A program made the position numbers and the translations under genes. A stretch of 64,000 nt of DNA from Lama glama. Taxonomy: Eukaryota. The number at the start of each line of letters is the position of its first letter. Within the stretch, counting starts at the first letter, position 1. The notes under the pieces are model-generated. The model made no database searches. It saw nothing but the letters and a program-made list of their open reading frames with translations, and was not told where the DNA came from. Location: positions 49,600,001 through 49,664,000 of the forward strand of contig CM052824.1 of NCBI GenBank assembly GCA_028534125.1, in the 5' to 3' direction. Of the stretch, positions 37,379-49,884 are shown piece after piece.

Positions 37379-38779
37379 TCCAGAACCCTAAGCTTAGAGC
37401 ATTTTATAGAAACACTAGGGTTATAGGCCTTTTAAACAATTCACCACTTGCATCATACATTGGGTGTAATTTCCATTCACTGAAAGAACACTGTGCCCAG
37501 AATTTCTTTCATATGGCTTGCAACAAATATACATCTAATATGGGAACAAGTCTTTACATATGGACCTATAGTCTGGCACATCCATACATGCAGTTTAATT
37601 TCTAGGGGTGCAGAGGTCCAAGGTAACCATGTAGAGCACAGGCTCACAGTGGGAGAGCACTGGCGATGAAACATACCATACTAATACACCTCCCAGCTCT
37701 CACTTGGCACTAAGTAAGATTAATGTGCTGAAGTATTGCACATTTTTACGATGTTCCCAGCAATAATCTCCCTGGGGAAAGGGTCCAGCATTTATTTATC
37801 TTTCTCTCCTCTCATTCTACCAGAACAGTATCCCACGGTAAATGCCCAATATCTGGGGTGAGTGAAGTTCAGCTATTGAGAGAGGTGCTGAAAGAACAGT
37901 TCCCTGGCATCTCCAAAACTTTGGACAATGACTACAATTTTTCTGCCTTGGTAATTAGTTCACTTATAACACTGTTGTTTGAAATGGGAGGCCTCCACCT
38001 TCGCCCATCACTCTCTATTTTCATATTGAGCTTTTTGTTCTTTCGTGGCCTTTAACACCATCTGACATTATGTTTACAGAACTATTTTGTTTTGGTATGT
38101 GTCTCTCCCACTTGAGGGCAGGGATTTTGTCTTGGGCATGACTGTATCTTTAGTGCCTAGGACTGTGCCGGACACAGGAATAGAGGCACAAAAAATATTT
38201 GTTGAACAAATACATGATCAGATGCTGAAATACCCTCAAAATGCTGAAGAACCCTCAAAAAATTATGACCCAGAAATTAGATAGTGTGTTAATTATCTGT
38301 TGGCTCAGTAAGAAAGCGGGACTAAGCTTTCTTATATGGTATGGGGAGACTCCATGGGCAGAGCAAAAAAGGTGGTTAAGTCATTGATGATTCTTACTGG
38401 GATGGGGGGAAACACAGTATGTGACCAAAACCATGGGGCTTGGGCATACCAGAACCTCAATATCAGCCTTATATTTATAAAATGTATTTCCATTTTACAA
38501 AGCTCTTTCCCATACTAGCCTACTTAATACTCATTCCATCTCTAAAAGAAACATGGTACTGGATATGAATTATTATTTCCTTTTACAGATAAGAAAACCT
38601 AGGTTGGCAAGATTAATTATTTGCTGAAATGGATTTAGGATTTCTGTCTTCTAGTTTATCAATCTTTCCGTTTAGCATGGTTGCCTCATAAGATGTCTTT
38701 AAGAGAAGGCAGGTGGGGCTAGACATGTTTTGAAAAGCTGGATGTGGGTAAATGTGTTTTAACTTCACTGTGCCTATAA

Positions 38780-39220
38780 AGCTCTGCAGGATTGGGCTTC
38801 TGTCTGCATCTCCAGTTTCATTTCCTGCCTCTTCTTCCTCCTCCTGAATCTCAGCTACTTTACCCTACTCATCAAGCTCCTTCCTAATCCAGCGCCTTTT
38901 CACTTCCTGTTCCCTCTGCCCTGAACACAGTTCAACATAATTTTACCTGAATAACTCTACAGAACTGAGTATAAATGCCCCTTCTTCTTTTTTTTTTAAA
39001 ATGTCTTGCTGTTTTATACTCCTCCACTCCAATTTAAGTCCTTTTCAAATCACCCTGTAATTTATAATTGCTCATTTAGTATCTGTATCCCAAACTGAAC
39101 AAAAGTTTTGAGGGCAGGTTACCTATCTGCTTTGTTCATTACCTGATACTAAGCACATGCTACAGTTCACGGAACATAGTAAGCATTCAGTAAATATTCT
39201 TTGCATGGAGAAAGGAATGA
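38780..39220 (+). mobile_element. L2 LINE 3' fragment
   Basis: cttcctgttccctctgcc...; ends acatagtaagcattcagtaaatatt. Confidence 0.65.
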
Positions 39221-39314
39221 TCAAGTGGTGGAAGGGGGCCACTCCTTAGAGTTGGAGTCTACTCCTTAGGTTTTTAGTATAACGCCCTGTAGTTAAGGAG
39301 TTACAGCAATGATC

Positions 39315-39905
39315 ACCTATCTGTTGCTGTGTAACAAGCCACTTCAGAATTAGATGGCTTAAAACAACGACCATTTCATTTACTCACAATGCTTTAGGAG
39401 AGCAATTTGGGATAACTTCAGCAGGGTCGTTCTGCTGGTCTCATTGGATTTAACTCATGGGGTTGCTTCCATCTGGCAGCTAGACTAGGAGTGGAAGAGC
39501 CAAATGTTGGTGGAACTGGATGTTGACTGGGCCACTCTCTTCTCAGGATTTTTCATGCTCAAGGATGATTATAGTCTCAGGGAAGCAAGTAAAGTGGCCA
39601 GCCATACTGCTTTGTCTGGCACCATTGTGATTTTAGCAATGAAAATCCCATATCCTGAGAAACTGCTTAGGAAAATCAGGATGGTGGGTTACCCTAGCAG
39701 TAAGAAAGGAGTGAGAATTACAGCCAAGCTCAGAACTTCCACAGTGAGACTTCTGTTGCATTCTAGTAGTCAAAGCATGTCACTAGGCCAGCCCAGGTTC
39801 CAGGGAGTAGAGAACTGAACCCTATCTCTTGATGGGAAATGCAGCAAACACAGACTGTAAAGGAGAATGCATACAGGGATAGGAGGATTTTTGCAGTCTA
39901 CTACA
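39315..39905 (-). mobile_element. MLT1F/G/H-like MaLR LTR interrupted by a small DNA transposon
   Basis: gttgctgtgtaacaagccac...ggcttaaaacaac; ggccagcccaggttccagggag...tctcttgatggga. Confidence 0.7.
39590..39695. mobile_element. MER94-like hAT-Blackjack MITE
   Basis: Degenerate TIRs aaagtggccagcca ... tgggttaccct; internal gattttagcaatgaaaatccca. Confidence 0.55.
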
Positions 39906-40289
39906 GGTAAAGAAAGTAAGACCATAGACTCAGAAGTCAAAGAAGGCTTTTTTGTTTATTGAAAAATCTGTACAAAGGAAGGAAATATAGGGAGAGCCAT
40001 CACTACCAAATGTTAAGTGATAACTCCAGTTGAGTGTCTTAATACACTATGGCTTTCTTTTATATGCAAGTACAACCTAAAATACTCCTCCTTTGGAAAA
40101 ATGCCTTGAATTAGCAGATTAGGAGGGATGTTGAAATATTCAAATAAAGGACAGAAGACTTCTTGGCAATTAAGAGAAGAGAACAAATGTTCTAATCACA
40201 CGTTAATAATATCAAAAAGGCTATTTCAAGGGTAGTATTGATAACCCGTTTGTCCAGCAAAATATTTGGGATAATAAAACTTTACACTT

Positions 40290-40440
40290 ATACAAGTCTT
40301 GCTATTTGCCAGACACTGTTCTAGCGTAGGTGATTTACATCGATCAACCCATTTAAAACTCACGTTTATAATGAGGAAACTGACGCCCAAGGTCCCCTAG
40401 ATAGAAAGTGGTGGATTCGCATTTTGAACCAGGCAGTAGC
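40290..40440 (-). mobile_element. MIR SINE
   Basis: tatttgccagacactgttctag...atgaggaaactga..cccaaggtc..ctag. Confidence 0.7.
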
Positions 40441-40559
40441 TCTTAACCTGTCTTCCCCATTTTGCTACCATTTTGCTGAGAGGTTAACTTCCTTTTCCTA
40501 ACTAGCGGTTTTGGAAGAGTAATCAAAGGTCTATCTATCTCGTATGGAGGTTGTTCTTC

Positions 40560-41000
40560 CTTGTTAGAATTAGAGGGAGGCGGGGAGAGTTTGGCCCCGG
40601 AACGGAAGACCAGGGCTTGGGTTCCCACCCGGGCCGGAATGGAGGCGTCTCTTGCGCAAGCGCGTTGGTCTCCTCGGTACCATCCCCGGGTCTGCACCTG
40701 CTTAGAGTAGCCCGCGAGCCCGTCGTCCGAGGGTCAGGCCGCCGTTCCCCCACCTGCGGACGTGGCTGTCGGGGTGGGCGAGGGGAGGCGCAGCCTCGAG
40801 GGTCCGCAGGGCGCGGGTGGGGAGGAGTGGGGAGCGGAGGGACCCAAAGCAGGCCTGGAAAGCGCGAAACCCCCATGTGGGCCCGGGTGCCCGTGGGGCC
40901 GTCACCCTGATCCGCGCACGCGGCTGAGTAGAACTTCTCAGGTGCCGTGGAGCAGACCAGCCCTTGAAGAATCATCTCCGTGCACGCGCACCTTTTACCG
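40560..41000 (+). promoter_or_regulatory. CpG-island promoter of an unidentified gene; probable non-coding exon 1 ending at 40773
   Basis: Highest CpG density in the window; GC box 40577-40585; tandem ETS CCGGAA-CGGAAG 40597-40608 and CCGGAAT 40634-40640; NRF1-like TGCGCAAGCGCG 40653-40664; candidate donor GGG|GTGGGC at 40773/40774 followed by G-runs. Strand is inferred. Confidence 0.8.
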
Positions 41001-41039
41001 ATAAGCAAACTGAGCCCTGTCCCCTTAGGAAGCCCTGGA

Positions 41040-41260
41040 GAGAATTTAGCTTACTTCTACTTCTCTGAGCCTGGGTTCCTCATCTGTGAAATGGGATGAG
41101 CAGTTCCCACCCCCACTTCGTTCGGTGAATCTGATTAAGCTCTTACCAGGCACTGCCGTAAGTGCTACTTAATCACAAGATTATTGTGGGGAAATCAACT
41201 GAGATGATGGAAGTGAAAGCGCTTGGCATGCTTTTAAGCGTGTTAACAAATGTAAGCTCT
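41040..41260 (+). mobile_element. MIR SINE
   Basis: cttctctgagcctgggttcctcatctgtgaaatggga. Confidence 0.75.
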
Positions 41261-42439
41261 TAGGAACTCACATTTATGTTTGTAGTTCGTTTCTATTAAG
41301 AAAGAGGTCGAGCTTTGCTGTTTCCTGGCCTCAGGTCACCCCACTTTCCCTGGCCAGATTTCTTGCAAATGGATCCAATTAGCCACTGGAAGAACTGAGA
41401 ATAGGGTTGGCTCTCTGCAAATAGATGACTATGAGTTTGCCCTTGTAATGCAGAATATCTTTGCACCTTCAAATGGATTAAAGTGAGTTGGTAATTTGTA
41501 ACTGCTCTAAGTGTAATTCTCTGGCATGTTCAGAATATATTTCAATCTCCTAATTAATTTGGGAGGTTGGAAATTGTTGATGTTGAAATGGAACTTTTGG
41601 CTACTGATTCCCTTCCCCTTTTGGTTGATGAAAACCCACTAATAGGAAAAATACCCTTCGTGTTCTCCTTGCTCCCCTTTTTGATTCACAAGGCTCAGTG
41701 TTCCATTGATGGACACATAGTATAATATTTATTTTCTCCTAGTTTAAAACATGTTTATACAACAACTGACTTGGACAAGACATTGTGTTAGGTCCTCAAG
41801 ACATGAGAAGATGATTATGAAATGGTCCCTGTGCTCAAGGAACTTGCAATATTGAGAGGAAAGAATGTAGTGGGAGATCTCATACAAGTAGAATTAAATT
41901 AGGACAAATAGGGGTTTCACAGACAACAACCATTATTTTATTAAAGGTAGTGTTGTGTCTGTTTTACTCATGATTGGTACATCTTTTGGTGAATGCTGTT
42001 TAGAGCTAAGGTTACATGCTTTTCCAGGCCTTTAGTTATCGTGAAAAATAATTTAAGTGCTTTACCTGCTTCTGGTCCAGTATACAGCATCACAGACATG
42101 CCCCTGACTCTGGGAACATATTCTCAAAGGACCTGTGTGAGGCACATAAAAGGAAAATTTCTAAAGCTTAATGTTGTTTCTTGTGTTAGCGCTGTGGCTT
42201 TGAGATTTGCTGCCCTGTCCCATGAAGATGCATTCCTGAGTCTCAAGCTCTCTTCTCCTTATTTCAAGGTACAGCTAGTCTACCACACCTTCCTATCTGT
42301 ATCATATTGAGCTTCTCCTTCTTTAAACTGTGGCATTTGCAGTCCGCTGCTCTGATCTTGACATTTAATCATAAAGCACCTTGCGTTGTTAGTAACTTTC
42401 ATTATAAATTGTGAATTGTTGAGCAGGGATTCAGGGACA

Positions 42440-42630
42440 ACATACAGTAGAGGAAAAAATGCAGGCTTGGAGAGGAACAGATTTGAGTTTGAATTCTGGC
42501 CCCGCTGCTTACTGGCTGTGTGATCAAAACTTTGTGAACCTTGGTTTCTTCCGGTGTCACACATACAAGCTGCCTTCTGCAGGCTTGTTACTCATAGTGT
42601 GTAGTGAGAATTAAATAAGATAATTATTAA
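42440..42630 (+). mobile_element. MIR SINE
   Basis: gagtttgaattctggccccgctgcttactggctgtgtga...gtgagaattaaataagataat. Confidence 0.75.
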
Positions 42631-42969
42631 GGTGGGAAGCACCATTCTCTCCTTAAGCCCTATACAGTGTTAGTGTCTATAGGTTCTATTTAATACTAGT
42701 TGAATGAATAAGGGTCTGTCACATCCAGTTAAATTATGAGTGTGGACTAAAGGTTTTCTCTTTCACCTAGAATCATAAAATTTTAGAATACACATCTTTA
42801 GATTCTCAGCCTGATGTTTTACCCTCTATTTGGTGTAGTCCACAATGAGTATTTCTTTAGCGCTCATTGAATTCAAAGCACTGTCTATGTCAAAGACATA
42901 GACCAGGCAGAGTTCCGGTTCTCAAGAAGTTTCAGTCTATCTGGGAAACTAGGGCTATCTATTTCTTAT

Positions 42970-43985
42970 GTGTGTCGCCTCTATATCAACAGCTCAACTT
43001 CTGAAAATTGGAATTCTCTAGGGTATGGTCCAAGTCATCTTTTCACTTTACATTCTCCTTGGGTGAACCCATTCACCTCCATGGCTCTAAATACCTACCA
43101 CTTGCCAGAGACTTCCAAATTTATATCTAGAGTCTAGACTTTTAAACTTCAAACTCATATATCCAGTTGTCTACTTAACTAATGCATTTATTCCACAACT
43201 ACTTCAAATTAAATTTATCTGAAGCAAGCCTCCTTCTCCAAACTTGCTTTTCCCCCCAGTGTTCCCCATCTTCACTGAGTGGCTGAAGCCAGGGACCCAG
43301 GAGTCATCCTTGTAGTCTCCTGTCCCTCATAGCTCCCTGCCCACATCTAATAAATCACTAAATCATACAGCTTCTACCTTCAAAATATAACTGGAATTCA
43401 CCTGATTCCATCTCCACGGATAACACCAAAGTTCAAACTATTGTCATCTGCCCTCCGTGCCACTGTGACAGCTGTCTCTCAACTCCCTCCTCTAATCCAT
43501 TTCCATGTGACAACAAGAGCGATCTTTTTAAGCACAGAGCTTGTCAGGCCACTTCTCTGCTGAAAATCTCCCAGGGCCTTTGCTGATGGATTAAGATTCA
43601 GAGTCATTCCCAAGCCCCCTGACAGCCCACAGACGTTGCCCCTGCTGATTCCGTAACTCCAGCTCTCACCATTCTCCACCCAGGTGCCTCCTTCCGGCTG
43701 TACCGAACTGCTCTTTGTGCATCAGTGATCACTTTTTTAAGGAAGCCTTCCATGCCCCCCCCCACAACTATTTAGATGAGGTTCCCTTATGATGCCTCCT
43801 TATAAAACCCTGACCTTTTTTTGATACTTAACTTAATTGTAATTATATAGTACTATTTGCATGAGGATTTGGTTACTGATTTGCCCGTTAGTCTGCAAGC
43901 TCCTTGAGAACAGAGACCGTGTCTCCTCAGCAGCCAGCAGTGTGCCTAGCATACGTAGATGCCCTATGACTGATGGTTGAGTGAG
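42970..43985 (+). mobile_element. L2 LINE fragment
   Basis: ccatggctctaaatacc...acttccaaatttatatct...ggagtcatcctt...; 3' end gtgtgcctagcatacgtagatgccc. Confidence 0.8.
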
Positions 43986-44369
43986 AGCGGTGAGATAGCT
44001 TCTGTCAGTTACCAAAGAAAAGCTTAAGACAGTGAGTGTGATGAAAATTCAGGGGAAAGAAAAGATCACCAGAACCTGGGGTGGGTGAGACTTGAGTTCT
44101 TTCTTAAAGAAAAACAGAAGAGTCTTCAAAGGTGCTTATGAGCTCTGAATATTCAGGGGACAAAGTGTGTACCAGTTTGGCAGAAGAAGAGTTTCATATA
44201 CGGTAGCAATTTGAAATAAAGTTGGGGAAGTGAGTTGAGGCCATCTTGTCGATAGCTGTGGGGGCCAGACTAAGAGATTTAAACTTATTTTTTGCCATTG
44301 ATAGTTTTTAAGCATGGGTGGTAACATTTGCAAATCTGTGGCCTGAGAAATATATCTTGGGGGACTCTC

Positions 44370-44785
44370 AGTTGCCAATGAAAGAAATCTATGCTAAATA
44401 GGCTTAACAAAAGGGAATTTATTGACGACACATTGGGAAGTCCTGGGATAGACCCACTTCAGGCAGAGCTTGATCCAGCAGCTCAAATGATGTAACTGGT
44501 TTCTTCCTGAATCTCTCTGGGCTGCATCCTTTGGGTAGGCTCCTTTCTCTGCCAGGCTTTTTCCTCATGGTGATAGGATGGCTGCAGCAGCTCCAGGGCT
44601 GCATCTTTCAAGGCTGAAATCTAGGAAAAAGAGATCAGCTTTCTGATAGCTCCAATAACAGTCCTGGGGTTGCATCTACATGGCTGGGACTTACTGGTTT
44701 GGTTCCTGTGTACCTCTCAGGACCACTAGAGGAATACAGTGTGCCAGCTGGCTTTGGCCTAGTTCAAATCACAGCCCTCCTTTCC
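44370..44785 (-). mobile_element. MLT1J/K-like MaLR LTR (host of the following ERV1 LTR)
   Basis: gttgccaatgaaagaaa...ggcttaacaaaagggaatttattg...cttcaggcagagcttgatccagcagctcaaatgatgt. Confidence 0.7.
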
Positions 44786-44789
44786 CAGC

Positions 44790-45322
44790 TCAGGGAGATC
44801 AGCAATATTTGCCACCCCAGAATGTCTCTTTGGCATGTAGATTATTTTGAGCCGTAAACAAACATGGCCCAAAAGACCTAGGAAGAAGCTTTGACCTTTC
44901 CCCTAACTGCCTAAAGAATGTAGATGGAGGACCTGTTCCAGGAAGGGAGCTATCACCATGGATAGCTGTAGTATGAACTAGGTGTGTAGGCAGGAGGAAC
45001 CCAGCAAAAGCGGTTATAATTCCTCTCTGTGTCCCACTGCCTCTGCAGGGCCCAGCAAACATTTATCTACCATCTTCCTTCCCTTTGAGGTCCTAAACCA
45101 CTACCTCCAGCATCCTCTTGTGCCTTTAGCTGACAATGGTATTTGAGGTGAGGGTTTCAGTACAACACTGTGGTGAGTGACTCAGTTCTCCTAGGTCTCT
45201 CCCATGTACACATATTATTAAATTTTTGTTTGATTTTCTCCTGTTAATCTGTCTCATGTCAATTTAATTCTCAGACCAGCCAGAGGAACCTAGAAGGGGA
45301 GAGGAAAATTTCCTCCCCAACA
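44790..45322 (+). mobile_element. MER34-like ERV1 solo LTR
   Basis: gccaccccagaatgtctctttggcat..gattattttgagc; ATTAAA near 45216; 3' end ttctcctgttaatctgtct...gaacctagaagggg.agaggaaaatttcctccccaaca. Confidence 0.8.
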
Positions 45323-46487
45323 CCACACTGAATGAGAGCACGGGAGGAGCAGATTTCCAAAAGAGAACAGGATCGTTGCTGGAAGCAGGGTACTTAAAGG
45401 CTGGGCCCCAAATCAATACACGTCCACAGCAGGAGGGAAGGGCGGCGTGGCGATGTAGAGAATAGAGTGGAGCAGAGAGAGACCGCTGCTGGGGGTTGTT
45501 CATTCTTCTGTTTCGTGCAGTGGCCTGAGAGCATTACACTTGACCGCTCAGTTCTTTGCAACCATCACTGCCCCTCTTATAATGCTCTGCTGGCCAGAGG
45601 TCCCCACAGAGCTACTGAATTGTCTCCGTGGAGGTAAATCAGAAGGGAAGAAGGATTTGTGATGGATAAAAGGTGTCTGGGGGGCCGTACATATATCTCA
45701 TTGTCTGTAAATCAGTCATATGCTACCGTTGAAGAAGAGCCTTACTGCTTCGCTTTAGCAGCTACTGCAGCAGTGTGTTTGGGAAGCAAGGCTGCTAACT
45801 TGGCAGGATTGTTCATCTAGGCTTCTGGTGATTTAACTTTTTCTGAATTTGTTATTAAAAAAAGGGCTAAAAAAAAAGACTGGATTCTTTTTTGGTTTTC
45901 TCCTAGTTTTTATTTATTACACAAGTAATATCACAACAACAGTCAAGGAGGAAAAAAAGGAGGGAATGGTAGGCTACTGTAAATGTCTTTTGAAAGAGAC
46001 AGACAGTCCTTGGCAGATGTGTAAATACTGTCTTCAATTTATCTTTTATCCTCTAAATGTTGACTGGTCGAACAAACAAACCAACCTCATTCTGTAACAG
46101 CACCATGAGGCATATTAGGACAAAGTACAGCAGTGCTCTGTTGAATTTTGAAGTAAGTACTGGCTGGGTAGGAAAAACTACGGTCCTTATTCATTCAATT
46201 TTCAGATGGAAGATTTTGAGGAAATTGGGACTAAAGGAAGGAACCTGTGTGTTTGTTTACCTTTGGCCTGGAGTCATTTCTTCTGCGGCACAGTCTTGTA
46301 TGTGAAGGAAATGTAGCTTCTGAAACATTTTCAGTCTTCTAGTGTAATCTCTTGAGAGCTGGCTGGGTCATTGAGTTTTCAACTTTCTGAAAACCCCATA
46401 GAACCAGGAGAGCATTAAATACATATTTGAGAACATGAGTAATGAATCCTTTTGTTGTGTGCCTGGCGGAGAGGGGAGGATGGCTGA

Positions 46488-47260
46488 TGTGATATTGTGA
46501 TTTATAGTGAGAAATCTATATTTGGTCTTTCTGGCACAGAGCTCCTAAAATCCTTGGAATTTCCTAAATGATGAGAGCCTTAGAGGTGTCTTCTGTTATG
46601 TTAATGAAGTGACTTTTGGACCCCACTTAAGGTTGAGGGCTGGTTCCCAGAAGACCCAAATCTGTGATTAGTGGGTTGGAATTTGCAGTCCTAGCCACCA
46701 CCCTCCAGGAGGGGAGAGGGGCTGAAAGTTGAATCCATTACCAGTGACCAATGATTTGATTAATCATGACTCAATGGAGCCTCCTTAAAAACCCCAAAGG
46801 ACAGGGTTCAGACAGCTGAGCACTTGAGATCTGGGGGAAGTGGATGGCCTGGAGAGGGCATGGAAGCTCTGCACCCTGTCCCCAGACTCTGCCCTGTGCA
46901 TCTCGTCCATCCAACTGTTTCTGAGTTACGTTCTTTTATACTAAACCAGTGATCTAATAAGTAAAATGTTTCTCCATTCTGGGAACTGCTCTAGCAAATT
47001 AATTGAAGTCCAAGGAAGAGGTCATTGGAACCTCCAATCTGTATCTAGTTGGTCAGAAGCACAGGTAACAACCTAGGCTTGCAACTGGCATCTGAATTTG
47101 GGGTTAGGGGTGGCAGTCTTATAAGACTGAGCCCTCAACCTGTGGAATCTGATGCTTTTTCTGGGTACTGTCAGTGTTGAGTTGAAACCTGCCGGTGCCC
47201 AAGAATTGCACTTGCTCATTGATGTGGGGAAACCCTCCTCCCGACATTCGCATTGATCTC
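46488..47260 (+). mobile_element. MER21-like LTR
   Basis: tgtgatattgtgatt...ttctggcacagagctcctaaaatccttggaatttcct...gactgagccctcaacctgtggaatctgatgct. Confidence 0.85.
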
Positions 47261-48849
47261 TGAACGCCAAAAGGGCTGGCGTGGGACTGTCTCGGGGTAA
47301 GATTGTTATCTGATGGATTGACCTACTTTGATACAGGATTTTTCCCTCCAGCACTTTGAAGTCTTTTTAATAATACATGACTCATCTATTAATTTTGTGT
47401 GATTGAGACCATCAAATGCTACCATTTTAAGACCCATAACTGAAAGAGCATAGCTTGTCTAAATGTGTGGGGAAGACTAGTATTTGCTAAGCCGTTGGAC
47501 ATCTGTAACATCTGACAGATATGTAGGTGGTAAATTGAATAAATAGGCTCTCTCATATATCAGAAAGTGGTTTCTGTAAATAGGAAATCAATGTTGCCCA
47601 CAATGAGTCAGATCTGAAGTAATGGTATTCAAAACTGGTGACTCCCACTCAGGTATTTTAAGGACTAAGTCAGCCATCCTTAACCCTTTTCAAAATGCAA
47701 GGTACTAGAATGTGACAGGTGGTGACCCTGAAGTATTATCTGTCCCCTCTGGGTTTATTTGCATAATACACACACAAGCCAGTACAATCAACATTTATCA
47801 GCTCATGCCCATCAAAATGAATGAAGCCATTTCCTAAATGCTTCTGTGGAGTTGTGGTTTTCCTGTCTGTGACACCGAGCCTCCAGTTGCCCAGTCCTCA
47901 CTCCTCTCCTGTTCCCACGAGGCTGCTCCTGTATTCATTCTCTCCCTAGCCAAGCAGACGGGAACATGGCGCTGGCTGCCCCAACCCTCCTTACCTTCCC
48001 ACACTCACTTCAATGTCCCGCCCACTTCAACTGGGTGCTGCCTCCAATGAACTATTTTCAGAGCTAGTTTTCAGGAAAATTGAAAAATCATCACCATCCT
48101 ATGGAAGTTTTAAGGCACTCTTTTTTTACAATGATTTTTAAAAAAAGTATTTAACCTCATAAATAATGATGTAATGGATTATACAGTACCAGCACCTGAT
48201 ATCTGGGACCAGCAGTCTGAACCTTGCTTTTCCTTTAAATCAGGGCAATTCTTTACGCCTGTGGATGCCTTGGCGGGTGTAGACAATGGTGAATTGCACC
48301 ACTCTCAACTCTCCCTCTTAATCCCACTGTGTTTGTTCTTCAGAGATACATGGCTCGGATTGCAGCCGCTCCTGGCCTCTGCTGTGCCTCTCAGACCCTT
48401 CCACCTGCCAGCACTGCACGGCCCTTTGCAAGTTGGTCCCTGTGCTGGGTTGGATGTGGGTAATTCCTCCCCTCAATACTCTCTTTGTCAGCCCTGAGCA
48501 TCTAAAGCGAAAACATGGTTGGCAGGAGCAGATGCGCTGCTGTCCACCCACCCATGCTCATCCTCATTAGCTGTCTTTCTTCGAGGCAGATCATCAGGGG
48601 AATGCAAGTTCTCGTCCTCCTGCAGGTGCCAGAAGCCGGATGTTCACTGACTTAACTCCTCCTAAGCAGCAGCCGGTTCCTCCTTCTTTCCTCCTGTGCG
48701 TCTCTTGAACCCAGTTTGAGAAAAGAACATTCGTTTGGTGCCTCGGCCAGGAATGTTCTAAATATATTAAGCCACAGCCCTTGGATCAAATGCCTGTTAT
48801 GCAGAAGGCAGGTCCTCTTTGCTGTATCTTTCAACCCTCATATCAACTC

Positions 48850-49090
48850 CGGGAGGCTGGAATGGAGCCAGAAAGACCTGGGTTTGAATGCTGGTGCTGC
48901 CATTGCCCAGCTGTGTGACCTGAAGTACCTCAGATGATGCCTCTGAGTTTTATTTTCCCATCTGTAGAATGAAGACAGTATTCTGCCGTCCTTAGGTCTG
49001 CTGTGAGATTTAAGCAGGATTGTTGATGTAAAGCCCTTACCACAAGGCCTTGGCATGTTGTAAGTGCTTAATAAAGGCTAGCCATTATCA
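48850..49090 (+). mobile_element. MIR SINE
   Basis: gacctgggtttgaatgctgg...agctgtgtgacct...ccatctgtagaatg...gtaagtgcttaataaa. Confidence 0.8.
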
Positions 49091-49399
49091 CAGAGAGGTT
49101 GAACTGAGTCAGGTTACTTGACTTATCCAAGATTATACACCTGGCTAATGATGGAACTGAGCTGTGAATTCAAGTTTTTTGAATCTATTTCCTTTCCTTC
49201 CTCTCCTCCTCTATTAGAAAGGATGCTGTGTTAGTGCCAGAGCACTGTGGGAAAAAAAATGGGAGCTCCTGGGTACTTTGGCAGTGTGCTATGCAATTAA
49301 ACTCCAAGGCTAATAATAAAAAATTATAATATGATGGTTAATATCTATTGAGTACCCAGTATATGGTAGGAGCAGGTGAGGCATTTGGCATCTTTTCAA

Positions 49400-49884
49400 C
49401 AGTGTTCTCCAAAACTCGGTCATTTGTGTTCTATTGTCACAATGTTTGCCATTTCTGTATACCACCTATACCATTATATTGTTTAATTTTCTTTAAAAAT
49501 TAGCTCTTATTATTACTTAAACAAATGTATTTTGAAAGAAAAGTTGTCAGTACTGTAAATAGTTAGGATCATTCACCTTAACTAGAGGATAATCAGGGAA
49601 ATAGACGCAGTTAAGGCAAAGCCATGTTGTCCAGTTCCAGCTGGATGATTCTCTGGACCTGAAGCCTGTTCTTTGTCAAAGAGGGAGATTAGCAGGTGTT
49701 AAGTCTTTAAGACTTACTGGATCCAAACAGGTATTTCCTCTGTCCATAGCTGGAACAACTGAAAAGGAATGGGGAAAAAACAACATTCTCACGTGTGACC
49801 CTGTGTACTTTATTGCCAGGTCAATAGGCTACCTAATAATCTCAGTGGTCTCAGTGTTCCCGTTTCCCCCCAAGGGAAACACTG
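49400..49884. mobile_element. hAT-Charlie-type DNA transposon (MER113-like) inserted in a MIR
   Basis: Terminal inverted repeats CAGTGTTCTCC ... GGGAAACACTG; MIR sequence on both sides (49330-49399 and 49885-50015). Confidence 0.65.
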
